From: an uncultured Chloroflexia bacterium
Lineage (GTDB): Bacteria > Chloroflexota > Anaerolineae > B4-G1 > SLSP01
Reading direction: 5' to 3'
NCBI GenBank assembly: GCA_963751345.1
Contig: CAVVUS010000042.1
Coordinates: forward strand, 1-19,686
DNA: 19,686 nt
Of this stretch, positions 9,777 to 16,508 are shown piece by piece. The position numbers and the translations under genes are program-made. How positions within the stretch are numbered: position 1 is the stretch's first letter; each line of letters begins with the position of its first letter. Under the pieces are notes generated by a model. The model searched no databases, had not been told where the DNA came from, and was given only the letters and a program-made list of their open reading frames with translations.

Positions 9777-9915
9777 CCGAGGCCGGCCCGGCGGTAGCCG
9801 GTGCTGGTGAACGCCCTGAGGCGGTAAGCCGAAGGGACGCTTCGGCCAGGATGGCCATCGTGTGCGGGATGCCTGCCGATGGGCCGATCAGGCTCTCAAA
9901 CCATAACTGAGGAGG
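9777..9915 (+). ncRNA. Candidate structured cis-regulatory 5' leader RNA (not assigned to a known family)
   Basis: Hand folding gives closing stem CCGAGG 9777-82/CUUCGG 9840-45, hairpin 9783-9807, tandem-GA hairpin 9814-9836, hairpin 9855-9882, and a weak hairpin 9893-9914 covering the RBS. Confidence 0.5.
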
Positions 9916-9923
9916 CTATGAAT

Positions 9924-10079
9924 ATGGAGTTCGAAGGATACTGCGTCAAGTGTAGAGAGAAGCGGCAAGTCACCGACGGCGAGGTGAAGGAAACCGCCAA
10001 CGGTCGTAAGATGGCTCAGGGCACATGCCCGGTATGCGGCACGAAGGTCACCCGTTTCCTGCCCAAAGAGGACAAGTAA
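9924..10079 (+). CDS. Small zinc-ribbon protein, DUF5679-like (51 aa)
   Basis: MEFEGYCVKCREKR...NGRKMAQGTCPVCGTKVTRF with two CxxC pairs. Strong RBS GAGGAGG 9909-9915, 8 nt before ATG 9924. Confidence 0.88.
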   Translation: MEFEGYCVKCREKRQVTDGEVKETANGRKMAQGTCPVCGTKVTRFLPKEDK

Positions 10080-10113
10080 TCGGGGCCCACGGCTGATCTA
10101 GTTTGGTTGTGGA

Positions 10114-10169
10114 CGCCCCCAGCACAGACTGCGAACCACGCGGCTCCCTGCTGGGGGCGAGTTTGTTGT
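10114..10169 (+). terminator. Probable intrinsic terminator
   Basis: Perfect 11-bp stem CGCCCCCAGCA 10114-24/TGCTGGGGGCG 10149-59 with an inner hairpin, followed by the T-rich GTTTGTTGT. Confidence 0.6.
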
Positions 10170-10209
10170 GGTGATGGGCCGGGTGGGGAGTGAGGAGAGC
10201 GGACCTTCG

Positions 10210-10725
10210 ATGCAACGCGAGAGTGGCTTGGGCGTAATGACACGCAGCGCCTTCAAACGGCGCCACTATAAACGCATAGGAGAGGTGGCGAACGATGTTC
10301 GCGCCATTCTGCGGCGGCGTGACCAGATGCGGGCGCTGATGCGCGGCGAGACGCTCTCATCACAGTTCCGCGAGCGTCTGATGCTGGTCGTTACAGAAGT
10401 GAACGCGTGTCGTTATTGCTCCTACTACCACGCACGCCAGGCGCTGGTCGAGGGCCTAACAGCCGACGAGGTCCGGTCCGTGACCCAGGGTGAGTTTGAC
10501 GCAAGCCCGCCGGAAGAGCGGCATGCCATGCTCTATGCCCAGCACTGGGCTGAGGCCGACGGTGAGCCGGATCCAGAGGCACGGGCAAGGTTGGTTACGC
10601 TCTATGGCCCCGATACTGCCTCGGCCATCGACCTGGCCCTGCGGGTGATCCGGGTCGGGAACCTGGGCGGTAATACGCTCGACTATCTGCTCTACCGCAT
10701 CTCGTTTGGTCACTGGGGAACCTAG
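10210..10725 (+). CDS. Carboxymuconolactone decarboxylase / AhpD-like protein
   Basis: RERLMLVVTEVNACRYCSYYH matches the AhpD core E..N.CxxC...H. Start is uncertain (10210 or 10237). Confidence 0.85.
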   Translation: MQRESGLGVMTRSAFKRRHYKRIGEVANDVRAILRRRDQMRALMRGETLSSQFRERLMLVVTEVNACRYCSYYHARQALVEGLTADEVRSVTQGEFDASPPEERHAMLYAQHWAEADGEPDPEARARLVTLYGPDTASAIDLALRVIRVGNLGGNTLDYLLYRISFGHWGT

Positions 10726-10817
10726 CCGTACGTCAGAACCGGGGGAACACTACGCCCGATCTCGACGTCTCAAGTGTGATTCATAGTGCTAATGCACAGC
10801 TCATGTCCAAGGAGTAG

Positions 10818-11534
10818 ATGATGCCACAACGCCAGCCGCAAGCGTCCGCGTATCATCGCCAGCTATGGGTTGTCGGGTCACTGGTCTTCGCCACGGCGCT
10901 TTGTGGTGTTCTACTCTTGCTGCGTATGGCCTACACGCGCGGCTTCGGGTATGCCGGCCTCCTATGGAATCTCTTCCTGGCCTGGCTCCCGGTCCTGAGT
11001 TCGCTTGCCGCCTATAACGCGTACCGGCGCCACTGGGGCTTGAGCACGGTGATCTTCGTGGCCTCGGCCTTCATCTGGCTGGTCTTCTTTCCCAACGCCC
11101 CCTACCTGCTGACCGACCTGATGCACCTCCGTGCTTCCAATGCCCCGGTCTGGTTCGACCTGATTCTGTTGATCTCGTTCGCGTGGACAGGGACCTTCTT
11201 GGGCCTTGCCTCGCTGTTCCTTATGCAGTCGGTCATCCGGCGGATGGCCGGACTCCTCGCCAGTTGGAGCTTCGCCTTAGGGACACTGGCAGTCGGCAGC
11301 TTCGGAATCTACCTTGGTCGCTTCCTGCGCCTGAACAGCTGGGATGTCTTTACCCAACCGGGCCGGCTCCTGATGGATATCCTCAGCCAACTGCGCCATC
11401 CGTTTGCCAATCCCGAGCCTTACGTCTTCACCGGCCTCTTCTTTCTGTTCCTGTTGGCCGCTTATTGGATGTTGGTGGCCCTGATGTACTTCAGCAGCGC
11501 AGACGCGCTGGTCAACAGTCCTACCGGGGATTGA
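10818..11534 (+). CDS. DUF1361-family membrane protein
   Basis: WNLFLAWLP, FFPNAPYLLTDLMHL and GIYLGRFLRLNSWD, with about 6 hydrophobic segments. RBS AAGGAG. Confidence 0.88.
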   Translation: MMPQRQPQASAYHRQLWVVGSLVFATALCGVLLLLRMAYTRGFGYAGLLWNLFLAWLPVLSSLAAYNAYRRHWGLSTVIFVASAFIWLVFFPNAPYLLTDLMHLRASNAPVWFDLILLISFAWTGTFLGLASLFLMQSVIRRMAGLLASWSFALGTLAVGSFGIYLGRFLRLNSWDVFTQPGRLLMDILSQLRHPFANPEPYVFTGLFFLFLLAAYWMLVALMYFSSADALVNSPTGD

Positions 11535-11538
11535 GGAG

Positions 11539-12249
11539 ATGAAGGAGCCGCTAACCGTGCTCGTGGTCGACGATGAACCAAGCATCAGGGAAGTGGTCAC
11601 GCTCTACCTTCAGCGCGCCGGGTACCGCGTCATTGAGGTCTCAGATGGCGCCGCTGCTCTGCAGGCCATTGAGACGCAGATCCCCGCCCTGATCGTGCTG
11701 GACCTTATGCTGCCGAAGGTCGACGGGCTGGAGATCGTCCGGTCGGTTCGCGCGCAGGGGAATACGCCGATCATCGTGTTGACCGCTCGTGGTGAAGAGA
11801 CTGACCGGGTGTTAGGATTGGAGATGGGCGCGGACGACTACGTGGTCAAGCCGTTTAGCCCCAGGGAACTCGTCAGCCGTGTAAAGGCCGTGCTGCGCCG
11901 CGTCCAGACGCTGCCTGAGGCTGATACCGTCCAAGGCGCTGGCGTCGAGCTTCCGCTCGAGTATGGCGAGTTGCGCATCGACCCCGTGACGCACCTGGTG
12001 ACGGTCGAGGGAGAGGAGCGAGAGCTCACAGCCAAGGAGTTCGACCTCCTGTGGGCGTTGGCTAGCCATCCTCGCCAGGTCTTCAACCGGGATCAGCTCC
12101 TCGACCTGGTCTGGGGCGTGACGGAGTATATCGATCCAAGCAGCGTGACCGTCCACATCCACCGGCTCCGCGAGAAGGTCGAGCAAGACCCTGCCGACCC
12201 TCGCCACATTCACACCGTCTGGGGCGTCGGATACCGGTTCGAGCCATGA
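11539..12249 (+). CDS. OmpR/PhoB-family response regulator
   Basis: Receiver motifs VVDDE, LDLMLP, LTA and GADDYVVKPF; winged helix LTAKEFDLL, VHIHRLREK and TVWGVGYRF. Confidence 0.96.
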   Translation: MKEPLTVLVVDDEPSIREVVTLYLQRAGYRVIEVSDGAAALQAIETQIPALIVLDLMLPKVDGLEIVRSVRAQGNTPIIVLTARGEETDRVLGLEMGADDYVVKPFSPRELVSRVKAVLRRVQTLPEADTVQGAGVELPLEYGELRIDPVTHLVTVEGEERELTAKEFDLLWALASHPRQVFNRDQLLDLVWGVTEYIDPSSVTVHIHRLREKVEQDPADPRHIHTVWGVGYRFEP

Positions 12250-13532
12250 CATCCTTCAATCCGAGCGAAAGAACGGCGCGACGCGACGGGCTGCAAAATG
12301 ACCGGCAGCGACTGGCGCTGGGGGTTGCCGCGGGCGTCGTCATCATCTCCGTGATCACGCTGGCTGTCTTCTACCAACTGCTGCGACCACCCATCCGCGA
12401 CCTGGTGGCCCTGGCCATCTTCCTCTCGATCACGGCCGTGGTCGCGTTCGCGGCAGGCTATGGCGCCTACCGGCTGGGCCTCATCTATCGATCGCCATCG
12501 CTCACCTGGGCTTTGCTCGGGGGCTACGTGCTCTCTAACGGCCTTGCCTTTATCGGCGTTTGGGTCACGGCACGCCTTATGTTCGTGAGCCAGCACGACC
12601 TGGTTCTCGCCTCCGTGCTCCTGATCTTCGCTGGAGGCATTGCGGCGTCGCTGGGCTACTTCCTGTCGGTCTCGATCACCGATCGCATCGTCTCGCTCAA
12701 CCGGGCCGCCGAAGCCCTCGCCGCGGGAGAACTGGGGGCCAGGGTGGCGGCCCCCGGCAGGGATGAGGTCGGCGACCTTGCCCGCAACTTCAACTACATG
12801 GCCGACCAGCTCGACGCCGCGGCGCAACGGCAGCGCGAACTTGACCGGATGCGCCGCGACCTGGTGGCATGGATCGGGCACGACCTGCGCACGCCCCTCT
12901 CGTCCATGCGGGCCATCGTCGAGGCATTGGCCGATGGTCTCGTGGACGACCCAGCGACCGAGCGGCGGTATCTCGAGACGGTGCAGAACGACATCGCGTC
13001 GCTCTCGCAGTTGATCGACGACCTCTTCGATATGGCCCGCATCGACGCTGGCGGGTTGGTCCTCGACCTTGCCGCCAGCTCGCTGTCCGATCTGATCTCG
13101 GACACGCTGGAGGCCTTCTCGGTCCAGGCCACACGACAGAAGGTGACCCTCGAAGGGCGCGTGGCCCCGGGGCTCGACCCGCTCACGATGGACGCCCGGC
13201 AGATCGGCCGCGTCCTCTCCAACCTCGTCGACAACGCGCTGCGCCATACACCCGCGGGCGGCGTCGTGCGAATTGAGGCCCTGGCGTGCGACGGCGTCAC
13301 GTGCGTCAAGGTGCAAGACACCGGCGAGGGGATCGCGACCGACGATCTACCTCACGTCTTCGAACAATTCTTCCGCGGCGAGAGATCGCGATCCAGGGCT
13401 ACCGGCGGCGCGGGGCTGGGGCTGGCCATCGCCAGGGGTATCGTAGAGGCGCACGGCGGTGAGATCTCCGTGGAGAGTCGCCCCACGAACGGTACCACCT
13501 TCCGATTCACATTGCCGGGAGTGCGACGTTAA
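12246..13532 (+). CDS. Membrane sensor histidine kinase (multi-TM, HAMP, HisKA, HATPase)
   Basis: Four hydrophobic segments, HAMP DEVGDLARNFN, H-box HDLRTPL, N-box NLVDNALRH, DTGEGI and GAGLGL. ATGA overlap with the regulator. Confidence 0.96.
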   Translation: MTSFNPSERTARRDGLQNDRQRLALGVAAGVVIISVITLAVFYQLLRPPIRDLVALAIFLSITAVVAFAAGYGAYRLGLIYRSPSLTWALLGGYVLSNGLAFIGVWVTARLMFVSQHDLVLASVLLIFAGGIAASLGYFLSVSITDRIVSLNRAAEALAAGELGARVAAPGRDEVGDLARNFNYMADQLDAAAQRQRELDRMRRDLVAWIGHDLRTPLSSMRAIVEALADGLVDDPATERRYLETVQNDIASLSQLIDDLFDMARIDAGGLVLDLAASSLSDLISDTLEAFSVQATRQKVTLEGRVAPGLDPLTMDARQIGRVLSNLVDNALRHTPAGGVVRIEALACDGVTCVKVQDTGEGIATDDLPHVFEQFFRGERSRSRATGGAGLGLAIARGIVEAHGGEISVESRPTNGTTFRFTLPGVRR

Positions 13533-13582
13533 GGAATCTGTAAGAGTCTGTACAGACTTGCGCAACCTCTGCCTGTTATGCT
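13529..13582 (+). promoter_or_regulatory. Candidate regulated promoter: direct repeats/palindrome plus extended -10
   Basis: TTAAG 13529, GTAAG 13540 and GTACA 13550 (10-11 bp period). Perfect palindrome AGTCTGTACAGACT 13545-13558; TGnTATGCT 13574-13582. Confidence 0.55.
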
Positions 13583-13614
13583 CTATGTAGGTTGAGATAC
13601 GAAAGGAGACAGAC

Positions 13615-14082
13615 ATGTTGCGCAAGATGATGGTGTTGGTGTCAGTGGTGGTTGCGGCATTGTTGGTGGTGGCTCCGGTGGCGGCGGCAGGGCCGAACTT
13701 TGGTGCTGGGATCTGGGCAGACGGTCGGCAGTGGGGAACCAAGCTGACCACGTATCTGCCCGCGCCGCACGGGCATAATCTCCAGTCCTTCGAAGGCTTG
13801 TTCGTCTTCGCCCTGAAGGACGGGGGAACAGTGATGTACCCTGACGGTTCCTCGCAGGCCCCGGTCGCAGAGGCCGGGCCGGGAAATCCCGCGTATAACG
13901 GCGGCCGGTGGATACTCACCCAGGTGACGGTGAGCGATCCCACGGCCATCGGCTCGGAGATCACTTCGTTCGCTGAACTCCAGGCCGCGGCGATGGCAGG
14001 ATATCTCACGATCGGCGGGCCCACCGATGTTGGGCACCTGACGCCCTACTTCCAGTGCCCGCTGCTGCCCTCCAAGAGCTAG
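13615..14082 (+). CDS. Secreted hypothetical protein (155 aa)
   Basis: Sec signal peptide MLRKMMVLVSVVVAALLVVAPVAAA, RBS AAAGGAG and its own terminator. Motif-like segments PGNPAYNGGRW and FQCPLLP. Confidence 0.8.
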   Translation: MLRKMMVLVSVVVAALLVVAPVAAAGPNFGAGIWADGRQWGTKLTTYLPAPHGHNLQSFEGLFVFALKDGGTVMYPDGSSQAPVAEAGPGNPAYNGGRWILTQVTVSDPTAIGSEITSFAELQAAAMAGYLTIGGPTDVGHLTPYFQCPLLPSKS

Positions 14083-14111
14083 GCAGTGGTAGGACGGATA
14101 ACCAACTGACG

Positions 14112-14152
14112 GGCCGGGCCCTGGTGGATTGCCAGGGCCCGGCCTTCTGTTT
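14112..14152 (+). terminator. Intrinsic terminator
   Basis: Perfect 13-bp stem GGCCGGGCCCTGG 14112-24/CCAGGGCCCGGCC 14132-44 followed by TTCTGTTT. Confidence 0.85.
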
Positions 14153-14192
14153 GAGCGACATACCGTGACTTGACGCGCCTCACACCAGACAA

Positions 14193-14201
14193 TGGTAGAA
14201 T
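14193..14201 (+). promoter_or_regulatory. Candidate extended -10 promoter for the kinase gene
   Basis: TGgTAGAAT ending 33 nt before ATG 14235. TTGACG at 14170 is 20 nt away, which is too far for a canonical -35. Confidence 0.45.
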
Positions 14202-14234
14202 GACCCCGCGGATAACGGGGAGGGCTCAATCCAT

Positions 14235-15212
14235 ATGGGATCTCATCTGCCGATCGAGACGGCGGAACTGCATGAGCTTCTGCGCCGGGCCTACGGCATC
14301 GATGCGCACAGCACGGACTACCGTGCGGCCGAATGGTCGGTCGGTGGCTACACCATCACCACGCCCGGCGGCGATCGATACTACCTCAAGGTCCAGGAGC
14401 AGACGCCCTGGACTTTCGCGGCGGGCTCACGCGATTTCTACTTGCCGCTGACACGCGAACTCCACCGGCTCGGCATCCTTCCGCACATCGCCTATCCCAT
14501 CCCCACGCTTGAGGACAGGCTCTGGGTGGCCTTCGAGACCTACGCTTTGATCCTGACCAACTACATCGGCGGGGTGACGTTGGGAAACGAGGGGATGACC
14601 GGTGTCGTGCTCGCCGAGGTCGGCGGTCTGTTGGGCCGGCTTCACGCTAGCACCGTGTACAAGACGCTCGCCCATCCCTTCTACGAAAGGTTCGACGTCG
14701 CCTTCCGCGATGTACTGCTCGCCGCAGTCGTCTCTACCCCGTGCGGCTCACCCGGACACCGGTGGGTTCAAGTGGCGCTCCGCTCCCGCGCGGATGAGAT
14801 CCTGGCTCATCTCGAACGGTTGGCGCAGTTGCAGAGCCGGATGCGCAGGAAGGCGACGCCACCCGTGATCTGTCACACCGACATCCACGGGTGGAACCTG
14901 ATGCAGAATCGCGAGGGCAACCTCTACATTGTGGACTGGGACAACGCGATGCTCGCACCGCGCGAGCACGACCTGATGTTCGTCATCGACAACGAAGGGT
15001 TCGGCGATGCCTTCCTGCCGCCGTACGAAGCCGAGGTCGGGCCCCTTCAAATCGATGCGGAGGCCCTGGCGTTCTACAGAACTCGCCGGGTCCTGGAGGA
15101 CGCAGCAGACTACGTCGTGCGTATCGCGCGGGGGGACGGCAGCCCCGAACGTGACAGCCAGGACCTGGCTGATATGCTGAGCGGTCTCGATAGCCTGAAC
15201 GCTGACGGCTAG
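14235..15212 (+). CDS. Aminoglycoside phosphotransferase-family kinase (spectinomycin phosphotransferase-like)
   Basis: YYLK, LGRLH, Brenner motif CHTDIHGWNLM and IVDWD..LAPREHDL. Confidence 0.85.
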   Translation: MGSHLPIETAELHELLRRAYGIDAHSTDYRAAEWSVGGYTITTPGGDRYYLKVQEQTPWTFAAGSRDFYLPLTRELHRLGILPHIAYPIPTLEDRLWVAFETYALILTNYIGGVTLGNEGMTGVVLAEVGGLLGRLHASTVYKTLAHPFYERFDVAFRDVLLAAVVSTPCGSPGHRWVQVALRSRADEILAHLERLAQLQSRMRRKATPPVICHTDIHGWNLMQNREGNLYIVDWDNAMLAPREHDLMFVIDNEGFGDAFLPPYEAEVGPLQIDAEALAFYRTRRVLEDAADYVVRIARGDGSPERDSQDLADMLSGLDSLNADG

Positions 15213-16243
15213 TCGCTGATCGCTTCTGTATCCAGCGTCGCGCGTCGCACCAGCAGGCAGTAATCCACACCGCCGGTCCGGTACTCCCCTGAGAAGGCGA
15301 GCCACATCGTGCGCCCGTCCTCACTCATCCAGCCGGTGGGGAACTTATGGTGGATCATCCAGCCGTCGGCCCACGCATCGTCGTAATAGACGGTGGTCCA
15401 CGGCCCCCACGGCTCAAGTGCATCGAAGACGCCCAGGGCAGGGGTGTGTGTGGCGCCGGAGCCCACTGCGTGCGCCGTCACCAGGAAGTAGCGCCCCAGC
15501 CCGCGATTGTACGTGAGCGCGACTCGCTGGGTCCCCCGGGGATCGGTGAAAACCGGCTGTCTGCGCGCGATATCAGGGTTCCAGTTCGGCCCCGAGGCGC
15601 CATAACCGGCGAAAAACTCGTAGGCCTCGCGGCGAGCCACCTCAGCCTTGGGGACACGGGCCATCACGATGTCAGGGTTGAAATCGTAGGCGCTGCGTCC
15701 ATCCTGCGAGACCACGTAGACGTAATCGTCGCGGGCCCCGGCATAGGCCGGGCCATACTGCACGAACTCGGGGCAGCCGAAGCTCTCGGCAAAGTGCCAG
15801 TCCGCCCAGGTCCAGGTTTCGCCCTGATCCAACGAGACCGCCAGGCGCGAATGTCGCCAGTCATCGCCGACCTCGTAGTTTCGGACAAAGAGATAGAGCG
15901 CGTCCTCGACCATCAAGAGCCCGCTGGCCTTGATTCCCTTCTTCCCCCATCCCACAGGCGTGTCGATGTCCGTCACCAGGTCGGCAACGTGGAGATCCGG
16001 CGGCTGACCTTGCACGGTGGCAAAGGCCAGGGTGTAGTTCTCGGGCCTCGGACCGAAGCCGTTACCGTCACCATACGAGGTGACAAAGCGATCGTCCGCG
16101 GGCGCCTGCCCGGTAGCGACCCAGGTGATGGCCCAGTTGTCACCCGCCCGCTCGCCACCATACCGGAGGATCTTGTCATCCCACCTGAGCGCCGTGACCG
16201 CCTCGCTGGGTGGGTAAGGTGCTGCGCCGTGATCGTTGCCCAT
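15209..16243 (-). CDS. Hypothetical Asp-box (BNR) beta-propeller-like protein, possibly DUF4185-related
   Basis: GDNWAITW, YGDGNGF, Asp-box SLDQGETW, EPWGPW and SEDGRTMWL. ATG 16243 follows AAAGGAG; TATAAT at 16292-16287. Confidence 0.7.
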   Translation of the reverse strand: MGNDHGAAPYPPSEAVTALRWDDKILRYGGERAGDNWAITWVATGQAPADDRFVTSYGDGNGFGPRPENYTLAFATVQGQPPDLHVADLVTDIDTPVGWGKKGIKASGLLMVEDALYLFVRNYEVGDDWRHSRLAVSLDQGETWTWADWHFAESFGCPEFVQYGPAYAGARDDYVYVVSQDGRSAYDFNPDIVMARVPKAEVARREAYEFFAGYGASGPNWNPDIARRQPVFTDPRGTQRVALTYNRGLGRYFLVTAHAVGSGATHTPALGVFDALEPWGPWTTVYYDDAWADGWMIHHKFPTGWMSEDGRTMWLAFSGEYRTGGVDYCLLVRRATLDTEAISD

Positions 16244-16508
16244 CGGTTCTCCTTTGCCTTGTCTTGTCCTGACTCGTCGTGTCCCCATTATACATGCTGG
16301 GCGCCAACCTTGGGAAGACAGCCCGAGCCAAGGCGCAGTCTGCCGGCGAGTCGGGCCACCTTTGCAGGGCTCGCCCGCCGGCCCCGCATGCCCGCCAAAT
16401 GGCGGGGATGCGCCCCCGCCGTTGCGCGCTCACTCCCGCGGTCTCGCCCACGTAGACTGGGATATTGAGGAAGGATAACCGGATCCATTAGCCAACAGCG
16501 AGGTGACT

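Noticed and set aside
9816-9833. CUGA...GAA as a hammerhead ribozyme core
   Set aside because: Lacks CUGANGA and GAAA and has no stem III/NUH site; better explained as a tandem G.A internal loop.
9879-9923. Longer N-terminus for the zinc-ribbon ORF (starts 9879 or 9918)
   Set aside because: GAGGAGG is optimally spaced only for ATG 9924.
10775-10798. TGTGA...CACA as a CRP/FNR site
   Set aside because: Spacing and second half-site do not fit TGTGA-N6-TCACA.
12210-13316. 368-aa minus-strand ORF
   Set aside because: Antisense to the histidine kinase; no independent signal.
16311-16344. Cobalamin riboswitch before mtaB (GGGAAG..GAGCCA..CUGCC)
   Set aside because: Only a loose resemblance to the 3' B12 box; the conserved 5' half and GCCACUG are missing.
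15347-16468. 373-aa plus-strand ORF
   Set aside because: Antisense to the Asp-box gene, which has the RBS, -10 and protein-like motifs.
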